64,000 nucleotides of DNA from contig CAYRZQ010000021.1 in the NCBI GenBank assembly GCA_964428835.1, positions 135-64,134 on the forward strand. Direction: 5' to 3'. Origin of the DNA: an uncultured Comamonadaceae bacterium (GTDB taxonomy: Bacteria > Bacteroidota > Bacteroidia > Flavobacteriales_D > Sanyastnellaceae). Below are positions 1 through 10,684 of this stretch, in pieces. The notes beneath the pieces are model-generated. The model saw only the letters and a program-made list of their open reading frames with translations. It was not told the origin of the DNA and did not search any database. The position numbers and the translations under genes were made by a program. The number at the start of each line of letters is the position of its first letter. Position 1 is the first letter of the stretch.

Positions 1-1096
1 AAATTTTCACATCACGCTTGGCGGCGATTGCTGCGGCGATTACTGTATTTGTAAAAAGCTGTTTATCGACCGCTTGTGAGCAAGAGAAGGTAAAAATAAT
101 TCCTCCCGGTTTGATCTGACGCATGGCCGCTTCATTGATGCGCAAATAGCCTTGTACAGCCTTGTGTCGAGCACTGAGATGCTTGGCGAACGCAGGCGGA
201 TCGAGCACAATCACGTCATAATCGACGTCAATATTTTTCAAGTATTCGACAGCATCTGCTTTGATAACCGAATGTTTGTTCGGGTCGATATTGTTGAGTC
301 GAATATTTTCTTCTGTTAGTTCTAATGCCTTTTGGCTGCTATCGAGGCTGTGAACGAGTGTGGCACCGCCCTTAAGCGCATACACAGAGAAACCACCGGT
401 ATAACAAAATGTATTGAGCACTTTTTTGCCGGCGCTCATTTCCTGAAGCAGTCTTCTGTTTTCTCTTTGGTCAATAAAGAATCCTGTCTTCTGGCCTTGT
501 TCCCAGTCGATTTTAAACGCATGACCATATTCGTAAGCAACGGTATCTGCTGCTTCGCCAAAGAGGTATGAGTTGACAGGCGCTTCATCGTCTTTGTGGT
601 GGAGCTTCTCGGCGCTCTTGTCATAAATCGCTTGAAGATGTTCTCCGAAAACTTTTTTCAAAGCATCTACAAATCGAGCGCGCAACTTGTACATACCTGA
701 AGAATGACACTGAATCACGGCTGTGGAGCCATAGATATCGATGATCAATCCTGGAAGGCCATCGCCTTCACCATGCACCAAGCGATAGATTGTAGTGGCC
801 TCATTGCCTGTGAGGCCAAGTTTCATGCGTAGTTCGAAAGCATCGGAGATTTTTTTCTCCCAAATATTTTCGAGGTCGATATTTTTCCCAAAACTGAAAA
901 TTCTTGCAGCGATACTACCCTCTGAGTAGTGAGCAAAACCTAGTGTTTCCCCTTTGATATCGGCTACTTCGATGATATCACCATTTTCAGGTTTCCCATC
1001 AATGCGTTGGATGGCACCGCTGAACACCCAAGGGTGATTTCTGCGGATGCTTTGATCCTTGCCGTGTTTTAGGGTTACTTTAATAAAAGAATTCAT
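1..1096 (-). CDS. class I SAM-dependent rRNA methyltransferase, RlmI-like (3' end runs off the window start)
   Basis: My own reverse translation from the ATG at 1096 gives MNSFIKVTLKHGKDQSIRRNHPWVFSGAI (PUA-like N-terminus), then VLNTFCYTGGFSVYAL and VIVLDPPAFAK (SAM-MTase motifs). The frame stays open to position 1. It is absent from the ORF track because there is no stop in the window. Confidence 0.8.
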   Translation of the reverse strand, partial: MNSFIKVTLKHGKDQSIRRNHPWVFSGAIQRIDGKPENGDIIEVADIKGETLGFAHYSEGSIAARIFSFGKNIDLENIWEKKISDAFELRMKLGLTGNEATTIYRLVHGEGDGLPGLIIDIYGSTAVIQCHSSGMYKLRARFVDALKKVFGEHLQAIYDKSAEKLHHKDDEAPVNSYLFGEAADTVAYEYGHAFKIDWEQGQKTGFFIDQRENRRLLQEMSAGKKVLNTFCYTGGFSVYALKGGATLVHSLDSSQKALELTEENIRLNNIDPNKHSVIKADAVEYLKNIDVDYDVIVLDPPAFAKHLSARHKAVQGYLRINEAAMRQIKPGGIIFTFSCSQAVDKQLFTNTVIAAAIAAKRDVKI

Positions 1097-1119
1097 CTCG
1101 CAAAGCTACGAATAAGGGC

Positions 1120-3039
1120 TTAATCTGAGAGTCCTGCGAGTGTAATCCTCAAGAGATCATCCATTACGAGTTCGCCGTGGTCGAGTTTCCAACGGATCAC
1201 CTTGGCCAATTCATCTGCTGGAAAGGCTGGTAGAAGAGAGGGCACCTCGTCGATAGTGGGAGTGGTATGCAGTAGCAATTCTTGGAGCTCATTCCACATG
1301 CGCTCGTAGAGACTGGCTTCCATGCCTTTGCGGGCATGGGCGCGGCATACATCGCACATACCGCACGCATCCACGTCTTTTTCCCCAAAATATTCCAGCA
1401 GTTGGATGCTCCGGCAGCGATCTTTCTCCACGTAGCGAATCATGGCGTCTACACGCTCTTGTTCGGCTTTGATGCGGTCTTCATAGACTTCCTTTGAAAG
1501 GCGAACATTCTGAGCATGTTCTCTGCTCGAGATGTATGTGATTTTAGGTGTTCCAGTGTTGGGTACATAGTCAAAAACACCTTGTTTATCCAATAATGTC
1601 AACTGTTCCACCACTTGTTTTTCGGTGGCGCGCATTTGTTTGGCGATGTCTTGTTCGCGAATCGCGACATATTGGTCAAACAGACCTCCATACATCCTTA
1701 GGATTTGCTTGATGAAATTATCGAATTGCGGATGGGCGACTTGATAACTATATAAGCCTTGTTTGCTCACGGCAATACTCAACCGCGAAGGCAAGTGCAA
1801 AGCATCACTGAGGGCGATGTAGTTGCCATTTTCCAGCAATTGTAGCGCGTACATAACTTCCGCAGCCTTGAGGTTGAATTTTTTTACAAAATCAGAAATA
1901 TTAAAATCAAATTGCGTTTCCAAACCGGCACCTATGGCCAGTTGGAAGTGATTCCCGAGACTGTTGTAAACGTTGCGAATGGTTTCTATCGGAGGGAATT
2001 TGGCTTTCAATTTTTCTTTTAGGGAAAGAATATCACCGCTGTTGTAAAGTAGGATTCCATAGGCTTTTTGACCATCTCTACCCGCGCGACCTGCTTCTTG
2101 AAAATAAGCTTCAGGTGAGGCAGGGACGTCCATGTGCACCACTACTCTCACATCGGGTTTGTCGATGCCCATACCGAAGGCATTGGTAGCACAGATGACG
2201 CGTGTATCATTGCGCATCCAGCGAGAGAAGACAGCATCTTTTTCAGCATTGGTGAGTCCAGCGTGGTAGAAGCTCGCACTGATTTTGTGTTGTGTTAAAT
2301 ACAACGCCACCTCTTTCGTTCGCGCTCTGGTACCGCAGTAAACAACAGCAGTGCCTTTGATTTTTTTTAATATTTCTAATAATTTCTCTTCTTTATTTTC
2401 ATGTTGAATGACAACGTAAGCCAAGTTGGGTCGGGCGAAACTTGTTCCCAGTACATTCTCTAATTTGAAGCGAAGCTTGTTTTGAATATCGCTTACCACC
2501 GCAGGTGTTGCGCTTGCGGTGAGGGCAAGGATAGGCACATTGGGTTGAAAGTCGCGCAGAGCGGCAATGTCCAGGTAACTCGGACGGAAATCATAGCCCC
2601 ATTGTGAAATGCAATGCGCTTCATCGACTGCGATGAGGCTGACGTTCATTCGCTTAAAGCGCTCTTGAAACAGATGGTTTTTGAGCCTTTCAGGAGCAAC
2701 GTAGAGGAACTTTATTTTCCCTGCGACGCACTGGTCGAGGGTTTTGTCGATTTCTTTGAAGTTTAATGCTGAAGTAATCGCAGCCGCTGGAATACCGCGG
2801 CTGATGAGATTGTTCACTTGATCATGCATCAATGACAGGAGCGGGCTTACGACCAGGCACATGCCCGGCAAAGCAAGGGCAGGAACCTGAAAACACACCG
2901 ATTTGCCGCCTCCCGTGGGCAAGAGTGCGAGCGTGTCATTGCCATTGATGACAGACAATACAATGTCTTCCTGCTTTGGTCTAAAAGCAGAGTGACCCCA
3001 ATAGCGTTTTAATATTTCTAAAGGTTGTAATGTCGACAC
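1120..3039 (-). CDS. recQ: RecQ family ATP-dependent DNA helicase
   Basis: 639-aa ORF with LLPTGGGKS (motif I), AVDEAHCISQWGYDFRPSY (DEAH box), LALTASAT, and a Cys cluster ACGMCDVC typical of the RecQ C-terminal Zn site. Confidence 0.9.
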   Translation of the reverse strand: MSTLQPLEILKRYWGHSAFRPKQEDIVLSVINGNDTLALLPTGGGKSVCFQVPALALPGMCLVVSPLLSLMHDQVNNLISRGIPAAAITSALNFKEIDKTLDQCVAGKIKFLYVAPERLKNHLFQERFKRMNVSLIAVDEAHCISQWGYDFRPSYLDIAALRDFQPNVPILALTASATPAVVSDIQNKLRFKLENVLGTSFARPNLAYVVIQHENKEEKLLEILKKIKGTAVVYCGTRARTKEVALYLTQHKISASFYHAGLTNAEKDAVFSRWMRNDTRVICATNAFGMGIDKPDVRVVVHMDVPASPEAYFQEAGRAGRDGQKAYGILLYNSGDILSLKEKLKAKFPPIETIRNVYNSLGNHFQLAIGAGLETQFDFNISDFVKKFNLKAAEVMYALQLLENGNYIALSDALHLPSRLSIAVSKQGLYSYQVAHPQFDNFIKQILRMYGGLFDQYVAIREQDIAKQMRATEKQVVEQLTLLDKQGVFDYVPNTGTPKITYISSREHAQNVRLSKEVYEDRIKAEQERVDAMIRYVEKDRCRSIQLLEYFGEKDVDACGMCDVCRAHARKGMEASLYERMWNELQELLLHTTPTIDEVPSLLPAFPADELAKVIRWKLDHGELVMDDLLRITLAGLSD

Positions 3040-3079
3040 GCTGCTAAATTACAATGAATGCTGCTACAAGGTGAAAGGT

Positions 3080-3087
3080 TATATTTG
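3080..3087 (+). promoter_or_regulatory. candidate Bacteroidota -7 box (TATATTTG = TAnnTTTG) upstream of tpiA
   Basis: The motif lies 20 nt upstream of the tpiA ATG in the recQ/tpiA divergent gap. No clear -33 TTTG was seen. Confidence 0.3.
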
Positions 3088-3107
3088 CGCATAAAATAAT
3101 TCGAATT

Positions 3108-3869
3108 ATGCGCAAGAAAATCGTAGCAGGCAATTGGAAAATGAATAAGACCATTGATGAAGCAATGGAATTGGCCGTAAAACTTCAGGAAGAAAGCAGC
3201 AGTTTTCCCAAGAATGTGGAAGTAGTGGTGGCACCACCTGCTTTGTATTTGGCCACGATAGAGATGATTGAGGATTTGGGCTTTTCACTTTCTGCTCAAA
3301 ATTGCTCACACCATGATTTTGGCGCATTCACGGGCGAAACAAGTCCTGCTATGTTGAAGGCAATGAATGTAAAATATTGCATCCTCGGACATAGTGAAAG
3401 AAGACAATATTTTCACGAAACGGACGCCATCGTGGCATCGAAGGTGGACGCGTGTTTAAGGAATAAAGTACAACCTATTTTCTGTTGCGGAGAGGTATTG
3501 GAAGAACGCAAGGCGGGAAAACACTTTGATACAGTGAAGTCTCAGGTGGAGAATGCATTATTTCATTTGACAAAAGAAGAATTTGCAAAAGTTGTTATTG
3601 CCTACGAACCTGTGTGGGCGATTGGCACTGGTGTTACAGCGAGCAATGATGAAGCGCAAGAGATGCATGCATTCATTCGCGCTACGGTAGAAGGGAAGTA
3701 TGGAAAAGAGATTGCGGACGCAGTGATCATACTTTATGGAGGTTCTGTGAATGCGACCAACAGTGCAGAACTATTTGCGTGTCCGGATGTGGATGGCGGA
3801 TTGGTGGGAGGCGCTTCTTTGAAGGCCAATGATTTTATGACCATCATCAAATCTGCGGGGCAAGCATGA
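3108..3869 (+). CDS. tpiA: triose-phosphate isomerase
   Basis: 253 aa with MRKKIVAGNWKMNKT, ILGHSERR and AYEPVWAIGTG signature stretches. Confidence 0.95.
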   Translation: MRKKIVAGNWKMNKTIDEAMELAVKLQEESSSFPKNVEVVVAPPALYLATIEMIEDLGFSLSAQNCSHHDFGAFTGETSPAMLKAMNVKYCILGHSERRQYFHETDAIVASKVDACLRNKVQPIFCCGEVLEERKAGKHFDTVKSQVENALFHLTKEEFAKVVIAYEPVWAIGTGVTASNDEAQEMHAFIRATVEGKYGKEIADAVIILYGGSVNATNSAELFACPDVDGGLVGGASLKANDFMTIIKSAGQA

Positions 3870-4699
3870 ATTATTTAGAAGTAGAATTTACGCTGCGCCC
3901 GCTTTTACCGGCACGTGAAGTGTTGGTGGCTGAGCTTGCAGACCGTGGCTTTGATAGTTTTGACGAAACGGACGAAGGCATCAAAGCCTATATCCCTGTT
4001 GACTCGTGGAGCGACGAAACGCTCGAAGATTTGATGACCGAAGAAATAGACGAACAAGAAATTTCATGGACCATAAAAGTCATTGAAGCCACCAATTGGA
4101 ATGCGGAGTGGGAGAAGAATTTTGAGCCCATAATTGTAGATGGTCGTTGTCTTATTCGCGCACCATTTCACGAAGAGGGAAGTGGGTTTGAGCATGTGAT
4201 TACTATTGAACCTAAGATGTCGTTCGGCACTGGTCATCACAGCACCACGCATTTGATGATTAGTGAAATGCTTCAGACGGACTTTGTAGGTCAAACGGTG
4301 TTGGATATGGGCAGTGGCACTGGCGTGTTGGCGATTCTTGCGGAGAAATTGGGAGCCACGGATATTGATGCGATCGACATTGACGAATGGGCCTTTGAAA
4401 ATGCAGAGGAGAATAAAATTAGAAATGGAGCTACGCGCATCACTTGTTATCAAGGTGGTGCAGAGTTGTTGGGCAAAAAAGTTTACGATACGATTTTGGC
4501 CAATATCAATCGCAACATCTTGCTTCGCGACATGCATGCGTATGCAGCGGTTTTGAAGTCGGGAGGAATGATTTTGTTCAGCGGCTTTTATAGCCAAGAT
4601 ATTCCCTATCTATTAGAAGAAGGCGCCAAGCACGGACTTACCCAAATCCATCAGCGGGAGCTCAACGAGTGGAATTTATTGTCGATGAAGAAAGGATAA
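3866..4699 (+). CDS. prmA: ribosomal protein L11 methyltransferase
   Basis: 277 aa with FGTGHHSTTHL and VLDMGSGTGVLAI (SAM motif I). The start overlaps the tpiA stop in ATGA, which suggests translational coupling. Confidence 0.9.
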   Translation: MNYLEVEFTLRPLLPAREVLVAELADRGFDSFDETDEGIKAYIPVDSWSDETLEDLMTEEIDEQEISWTIKVIEATNWNAEWEKNFEPIIVDGRCLIRAPFHEEGSGFEHVITIEPKMSFGTGHHSTTHLMISEMLQTDFVGQTVLDMGSGTGVLAILAEKLGATDIDAIDIDEWAFENAEENKIRNGATRITCYQGGAELLGKKVYDTILANINRNILLRDMHAYAAVLKSGGMILFSGFYSQDIPYLLEEGAKHGLTQIHQRELNEWNLLSMKKG

Positions 4700-4704
4700 A
4701 AAAA

Positions 4705-4730
4705 AGCCTCGAAATTTTCGAGGCTTTTTT
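4705..4730. terminator. bidirectional rho-independent terminator
   Basis: Perfect 10-bp stem agcctcgaaa / tttcgaggct. It is flanked by an A-run (4698-4704) and a T-run (4725-4730), between convergent prmA and the 4732..5571 ORF. Confidence 0.75.
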
Positions 4731-4731
4731 C

Positions 4732-5571
4732 TTATCCGCCACAGTCGAACGGATAAACTTCTATGCTGGGGTTCGAGGGTAAGAATCCCGGTCGGACCAC
4801 AAAATACCGCAGTTCCCGAATGGTTTGTGTAGCAGGTACAATTCCGTTAAAGAATTGCTCAGGAAGAATTGTAATTCTAAATTCTCCTGGTTTCCCTGGT
4901 ACAGGCTTCATCTTTAGAGCTGGTGTATTCGTTACCTGTGCATTTGGTACATAAGGATACACGTTGAATGCAGTATTTCCTCTTGCAATAATTTGAATAT
5001 AACATTCGTCAGCACCAATATTTTGGAGACTAGTATTAAGTTCAATATTGTTGTTGTAGGTAATGCTAATGAAGTCATCAGCATTTCCTATCTCAGGAAA
5101 CGTGCAATACAAATCATCGCAAAGTTTTGGGATGATTACAATGTTCAAGTCTTCTGTTTTCGCTTCCAAAGGCATGTCTGGAAAGTCATTTCCGTTGCGA
5201 AGTTTGGCGAGACATGAAATACCGCGGGCGAATAATTGAGGTCCAGAAACTCCGTAGAAAGTGGTAGGTACGATTTCGAATTTGAAAAGCAATCCACTTA
5301 CGTGTGTCATTTTTCTGGCAGATGCGCTTTCATTCCATTCACCATTGCCACCATTATCTGCTGGCTGCCATGTCCAGATATACACATCATTGATGGCCTC
5401 AGGATGCGCAAGGAGTCGATCTTTCAAACCAGTGTATGTCGTTTGAGAAACATCGATATAAATAGTTAATGGCTCATCAGCGCCTGTTGGTGAGGGGAGG
5501 ACATAGGCCGCTTGACCAAACAACAACTGCGATGCAAAAATTGATAGGAATATGCTAAATAATTTTTTCAT
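4732..5571 (-). CDS. hypothetical secreted protein, last gene of the alpha-glucan PUL
   Basis: 279-aa ORF with signal peptide MKKLFSIFLSIFASQLLFGQ. It is co-directional with and 9 nt downstream of the preceding lipoprotein gene. No family recognised. Confidence 0.5.
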   Translation of the reverse strand: MKKLFSIFLSIFASQLLFGQAAYVLPSPTGADEPLTIYIDVSQTTYTGLKDRLLAHPEAINDVYIWTWQPADNGGNGEWNESASARKMTHVSGLLFKFEIVPTTFYGVSGPQLFARGISCLAKLRNGNDFPDMPLEAKTEDLNIVIIPKLCDDLYCTFPEIGNADDFISITYNNNIELNTSLQNIGADECYIQIIARGNTAFNVYPYVPNAQVTNTPALKMKPVPGKPGEFRITILPEQFFNGIVPATQTIRELRYFVVRPGFLPSNPSIEVYPFDCGG

Positions 5572-5580
5572 GGGAGTGGT

Positions 5581-6081
5581 TTATTGACGGGTGAAACGGA
5601 ATTTGTAGATAACAGTGTTGGTTCTATTTCCTGAACCGTCTTCGCAGAAACGAGGTACATCGATAGCGAGTTCGTTGTCGAATTCTCTCACCATAGCTCC
5701 GAGTGGAAGCTCGATGATTTCGGTTTCGTTTTGTAGAATCAATTTACTTGGAGCTTGGTCGTTGTCAAATGACCAAGTACCGCCCGTACCAAAGAAGTTT
5801 CTTCCGGCACCAGGAGTTACAGTATATGTGCGGTCGCTGCTGCTGAAGGCGAGTGTGAGTAGATCTTGTCCCTCAACAACATAAAATTCTGTCAAATCTC
5901 TCTCTTCTTGAATTGGATTATTCAGATCCACCTGAGAAAATTTTGAAACTTTCCAGGTGCCAGAAAGTCCCGCCACTTTATCGGATGGCGTTCCTAATTC
6001 TCCTTTTAAATCAGGTCTGCACGCACTGAAAAGTGTGATGACTGAAATGATTAGGACTGATATTTTTATATTCATTTTCAT
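5581..6081 (-). CDS. small lipoprotein downstream of SusD (SusE/F-position accessory protein)
   Basis: 166 aa with lipoprotein signal VITLFSAC. It lies 18 nt after the SusD-like stop. No family recognised. Confidence 0.5.
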   Translation of the reverse strand: MKMNIKISVLIISVITLFSACRPDLKGELGTPSDKVAGLSGTWKVSKFSQVDLNNPIQEERDLTEFYVVEGQDLLTLAFSSSDRTYTVTPGAGRNFFGTGGTWSFDNDQAPSKLILQNETEIIELPLGAMVREFDNELAIDVPRFCEDGSGNRTNTVIYKFRFTRQ

Positions 6082-6099
6082 TGATTTTGTATTGTAAAA

Positions 6100-7503
6100 T
6101 TAACAACCTCCTTCTGGATTTCCAACAAAGTTAGCTCCAGTAAATTCACTGTTGGGGAATTGAAGTGCCATTCCAGGACAGTTCCATGGAGCTCCACGAA
6201 CAATAATATTTTCGCCGCTAGCACCAATTCTTCTTATTTGATCGAGGCGATAGCCTTCACTGATAGTTTCTTTTCTAAACTCATCACGTGCAGCAAGAAT
6301 AATTTGTTGGGCCGTAGAGCTAGATGGAAGGTCATTTAAGCCTACTCCATAAGCTCTATCACGAATAGCGTTGATGTCTTCAATGGCAATGCTAAGATCG
6401 CCGTTTACCATAGCAATCGCTTCTGCACGGATAAGGTGAATGTGAGTGAGACGAATAACGGGTATGGAGAAGAAGAACGATTCTGTAGCATTCGATCCAA
6501 ATCTTTTAGATACGATTTGACCTCCTTCAAGATTGGTCCAAGCTGCGATTCTGGCGTCAGTTGGACTTAGATTTAAGAAGTTATAAAGCTCATTACTGTA
6601 GCTCAATTGAGCACCCGCAGCACCTGGCCAGTAATTGTTTCTGAACCCTTCATTTCTTACATCCGAGAACCCGTTAATTTGACTGCTGAAGATTCCAAAG
6701 ATAGTTTCTGTGTTAGGCGTAAGATATGCCTCTTCGGTAAATGACTGGTAGGTGTCAAGATTATCCAAAAGGGTAAATCTGCCACTATTGATTACTTCAT
6801 TAGCGAAGTTGACTGCACCTTGATAATCCATCTTTTGGAAAAGAACTTGCGTCATCAAGGCAGCCGCGGACATTCTATCCGCATATCCAGGATTTGTCGA
6901 AGGAAGGTTGTCAAAAGCAAATTGTAAATCGCTAATGATGAATTGATAACATTCACTAACAGTACTTCTGTTTTTCGGGAATGGGCTCGCTTCGTCACGA
7001 ATTACAATTCCTAAGTGGCTATTATCTGATGTGTAGCCCCATGGTTGAGCCCAGAGCTTTAGCGCCCAATAATGACAAATAGCTCTTATGAATCGAGACT
7101 CAGCAATGATTTTTTGTTTTTCATCAGTAGAGATTTCAGAAACTAAATCAACGCTTTCAATTGCAGTATTGGCGCGATAAATTGCGCGGTACAAATCAGC
7201 ATACAAACCATTGGTATAGCCTGTAAAGAAGTTGACATCACGCTCATAAACCGCAATGAAGTCATTATTAGTTATAGGACGAGCTAAATTATCTGTGAGC
7301 ATTTCCGATGTGTTTTGGATGTTGCCATCGAACACATTGCCAAGAACGTCATAGCATGAGTTTACAAGTTTCCTCAAGTCTTCACCGCTTCTGATGGCCT
7401 CGGTATCGAGCGGCTCAGTAGGGTCTACTTCAATCCATTTCTTGCAGCCCGCCATGGAAAAGATAAGAAGAAATGCCAGGATATATATTTTATTACTTTT
7501 CAT
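6100..7503 (-). CDS. RagB/SusD family nutrient-uptake outer membrane lipoprotein
   Basis: 467 aa with lipobox FSMAGC. It sits immediately downstream of a SusC-type gene and has typical SusD-like helical/TPR-like content (RFIRAICHYWALKLW). Confidence 0.85.
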   Translation of the reverse strand: MKSNKIYILAFLLIFSMAGCKKWIEVDPTEPLDTEAIRSGEDLRKLVNSCYDVLGNVFDGNIQNTSEMLTDNLARPITNNDFIAVYERDVNFFTGYTNGLYADLYRAIYRANTAIESVDLVSEISTDEKQKIIAESRFIRAICHYWALKLWAQPWGYTSDNSHLGIVIRDEASPFPKNRSTVSECYQFIISDLQFAFDNLPSTNPGYADRMSAAALMTQVLFQKMDYQGAVNFANEVINSGRFTLLDNLDTYQSFTEEAYLTPNTETIFGIFSSQINGFSDVRNEGFRNNYWPGAAGAQLSYSNELYNFLNLSPTDARIAAWTNLEGGQIVSKRFGSNATESFFFSIPVIRLTHIHLIRAEAIAMVNGDLSIAIEDINAIRDRAYGVGLNDLPSSSTAQQIILAARDEFRKETISEGYRLDQIRRIGASGENIIVRGAPWNCPGMALQFPNSEFTGANFVGNPEGGC

Positions 7504-7514
7504 CGGTGTTCAGA

Positions 7515-10500
7515 TTAGAAATTAGCATTGATTGAGATATTGAAGCTGCGCTCTTGCGGAGGAGTCAAATAAGTCACGTTTGGACTCATGTTTCTGTCCT
7601 GAGGATTTTCAAAGTCACGCACCAATTCTGGATCTAGACCAGGGAAGTTAGTAAAGGTGAAGAGGTTGGTAGCATTAGCAACAACACGCAAGTTTTGAAG
7701 CTTGCTTTCTTTCTTCAATTTGAAAGTATAACCCAAAGCGACGTTTCGTATTCTCAAGAAATCAGCATCGTACACGAACAAACTGGTATTCCACCATGGG
7801 AAACCGGCGTTTAGTCCGTAGTTTGTTTCGTCCAAGGTGAGACGAGCAAAGGTCGCTTCATCACCAGGTTGTCTCCAACGATCAAGAATGTCAGTTCTCA
7901 TGTTCCAATCTGTCACAACACCTAATTGACGCTTACCTGATGAATCGAAGATTTTAGCACCTAAGCTAAAGGTTGCCAAAATTTGCATATCCCATTGCTT
8001 GTAGCGGAAAGAGTTGGTGATACCACCGACTGCGTCAGGAAGTCCATCACCCACATATTGACGTTGGAAATTATCATAATCAAATGTTTCGTTTCCATTC
8101 GCATCAAGATAAACAGGCAATCCAGTTTCTGGATCTACGTGGCTAAACTTCATGAGGTAGAATGAACCAATGGGTTTGCCCACGATTACACGTGAGTCGT
8201 TGGTTCCACCGCTAATAGCGTCAGGCGTATAATCACCAATGTCGAGAAGTTCATTGTAGTTGCGCGCGATATTGAAGTCTGTCTTCCATTCGAAATTGGG
8301 CCTCACGATGTTGTAACTCGTCACAGTCAACTCAATACCACGGTTGAGGATTTGTGCTGCATTATCCCAATAGGTTCCAAAACCAGTAGATTGAGGAATG
8401 CTCACTGCCATCAATGCATTTGTGGTGAGTTTGTCGTAGTATGATACTTGAACATTCAAGCGGTCTTTCAACAAGCCAACTTCAAGAGTAACATCGACGG
8501 TTCTTGTATTTTCCCAAGAAAGATCAGGGTTACCGAATTGAGTTGGGAAAATAATGGGATTGCCATTGTAGAAAATGAATCCAGTAGTGTCATAGGTAGA
8601 AAACTGCGCCAATGGCGGAATGTCTGAGTTACCAGAGATACCCCAGCCAGAACGAATCTTTAAGAAATTCACAGCCTTGGTTTTGTTGAACCATTTTTCT
8701 TCAGATATAATCCAACCTGCTGATGCGGTTGGGAAGTAACCGTATTTGTTGTTTACCCCGAAACGGCTGCTGCCATCCACACGGCTTACGAGTTGCACGA
8801 AGTATTTGTCTTTGATGGAGTAGTTAGCTCTCGCAAAGGTTGATACGAATGTCCAACGCTGTAAGCGTGGGCTACTTTTACGCAATTCGAAATCACCGTT
8901 GTCATCAAATCCTGAGGTGAATGGAGCTGATGTCACGTTCTGATAATTCCAATTTACAAATGTTGTTCTGCTCTCCTGGATTTCAGCACCAGCAAGAAGT
9001 GTCAAGCGATGACCTTCTCTAATTTCTTTGGTGTAATCCGCAGTCAATGAGCTATTCCAGTTATTTGTCCAGGCAAAGTTTCTATTGGCTGAGGTGAAAG
9101 CTTGGTTTGGATCAATAATTGGGAAGAATTCGTTGTTTGATACATCAGAATATTCGTAAGATCCAGATGCTTTAATATTCAAGTCCTTAATTGGAGAATA
9201 AATCACCGTAGCATTAGATAACAATCTCTTATCATCCGTTCTCAACACGAAAGTCTCTCTGCGTTGAACAGGATTGTTTCCATTTGGTGTTGGGAAATAA
9301 CCGCCAATTCCCTGGTTGTTTACGTTGCCAAAAAGAGCAATCGAAGTAGAATCGATTAGAACAGGATAGTATGGAAGCGCTTGGCTCATTGCATATCCCA
9401 ATCCACCGCTCCATGCGGCATCTACGCGATTGTTAAGACCAACAGAATAAGAAAGGTTGGTCATTACCTTTAATTTCTTACTAAAAGTGTAATCGAGGTT
9501 TGTTCTACCGCTGATACGCTCATAGGAATTACCACGCATGAAGGATCCGTTGTCATCATAAGATACACCAGAGTAGAGGCTTAATTTATCATTGCTATAT
9601 GTAGCGGCAAAATTGTAAGTTTGTTTGAAGCCGACACCAATAGTTTGGTCAACCCAATCAGTATCGATGAGTTTCGCTCTTTCAAATTGTTGTTGTCTTT
9701 CAAGTGCTGATGCGCTGGCTGCACTACCAGAAGCGGTCTCATATCTTACACCAGGCAACCATACATAACCTGTTCCACCATCATTTTCCCAAGCTTCTTG
9801 ACGCACAGCCAAATATTGTTCGGTATTCATCATGTTCGGACGGGTAGCCGCAACACCAATTCCTAAGCGAGTGCTGAAGTCGAATTGAACTCCCTTCTTG
9901 GTTTTGCTACCTCTTTTTGTCGTTATCAATATAACACCGTTCGCTCCGCGTGATCCGTAGATACCGGTTGCGGCAGCGTCTTTCAATACTTCAATCGACT
10001 CAATATCGGCAGGGTTAATGTTCGCTAAAGGGTTGTTGTTGAATCCCGCACTATTCCCTTGCAGAAATGGATCCTGAACGATAGGAAGTCCGTCGATTAC
10101 ATACAGTGGGTCGCCACCTGCTGAAATCGAAGAAATACCTCTTACACGAATGAGTGATCCACTACCTGCCATTCCGCTTCCTTGAGATACAGCAACACCC
10201 GCAGCTTGACCTTGCAATGCCGCTTCAAAACTGGGCACTGGAAGTTTCGTGAGTTCCTTACCGTCGATTTTTGAAATCGAACCTGTTACTTCACGCTTTC
10301 TCTGAACGCCATATCCGACTACCACAATCTCATCAAGATCGTTGTCCTCAGGTTCCATCGTAACATCTAAAGTCAGTATCTGGTCTGCCACAAGAGTGAT
10401 TTCTCTTTTTGCTGTCACAAAGCCCACCATCTTAAATTCTAATGTGTGCTTGCCTGGCTTTAAACTAAGTGTGTATTGTCCATCGATGTTGGTAGAAGTT

Positions 10501-10646
10501 CCTGCGGTGTTGGCTACATCTTTAACTACCACCCCAGGAAGGGTACCCGCATCGTCTCTGACAGTGCCCTTCACTGCCTGTGCATGCATAGAAATGCTAC
10601 CAATTAGAAAGGCAGCGCATGCGGTGAATGCGTAAAAAATTCTCAT
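7515..10646 (-). CDS. SusC/RagA family TonB-linked outer membrane protein
   Basis: 1043 aa with an N-terminal carboxypeptidase-regulatory-like segment (VKGTVRDDAGTLPGVVV), a plug region (DEIVVVGYGVQRKREVTGS) and a terminal aromatic residue (INANF). Confidence 0.9.
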   Translation of the reverse strand: MRIFYAFTACAAFLIGSISMHAQAVKGTVRDDAGTLPGVVVKDVANTAGTSTNIDGQYTLSLKPGKHTLEFKMVGFVTAKREITLVADQILTLDVTMEPEDNDLDEIVVVGYGVQRKREVTGSISKIDGKELTKLPVPSFEAALQGQAAGVAVSQGSGMAGSGSLIRVRGISSISAGGDPLYVIDGLPIVQDPFLQGNSAGFNNNPLANINPADIESIEVLKDAAATGIYGSRGANGVILITTKRGSKTKKGVQFDFSTRLGIGVAATRPNMMNTEQYLAVRQEAWENDGGTGYVWLPGVRYETASGSAASASALERQQQFERAKLIDTDWVDQTIGVGFKQTYNFAATYSNDKLSLYSGVSYDDNGSFMRGNSYERISGRTNLDYTFSKKLKVMTNLSYSVGLNNRVDAAWSGGLGYAMSQALPYYPVLIDSTSIALFGNVNNQGIGGYFPTPNGNNPVQRRETFVLRTDDKRLLSNATVIYSPIKDLNIKASGSYEYSDVSNNEFFPIIDPNQAFTSANRNFAWTNNWNSSLTADYTKEIREGHRLTLLAGAEIQESRTTFVNWNYQNVTSAPFTSGFDDNGDFELRKSSPRLQRWTFVSTFARANYSIKDKYFVQLVSRVDGSSRFGVNNKYGYFPTASAGWIISEEKWFNKTKAVNFLKIRSGWGISGNSDIPPLAQFSTYDTTGFIFYNGNPIIFPTQFGNPDLSWENTRTVDVTLEVGLLKDRLNVQVSYYDKLTTNALMAVSIPQSTGFGTYWDNAAQILNRGIELTVTSYNIVRPNFEWKTDFNIARNYNELLDIGDYTPDAISGGTNDSRVIVGKPIGSFYLMKFSHVDPETGLPVYLDANGNETFDYDNFQRQYVGDGLPDAVGGITNSFRYKQWDMQILATFSLGAKIFDSSGKRQLGVVTDWNMRTDILDRWRQPGDEATFARLTLDETNYGLNAGFPWWNTSLFVYDADFLRIRNVALGYTFKLKKESKLQNLRVVANATNLFTFTNFPGLDPELVRDFENPQDRNMSPNVTYLTPPQERSFNISINANF

Positions 10647-10684
10647 GGTTTTTATTTGGTTCGTTTGGTTATTGGTTGCAAACA

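Noticed and set aside
332-624. 79-aa (+) and 62-aa (-) ORFs near the window start.
   Set aside because: Both lie inside the open RlmI-like methyltransferase frame, which the track missed only because it has no stop codon in the window.
4064-4597. 177-aa minus-strand ORF and an 80-aa plus-strand ORF overlapping prmA.
   Set aside because: prmA has unmistakable methyltransferase motifs in its own frame. The overlapping ORFs have no start context or recognisable motifs.
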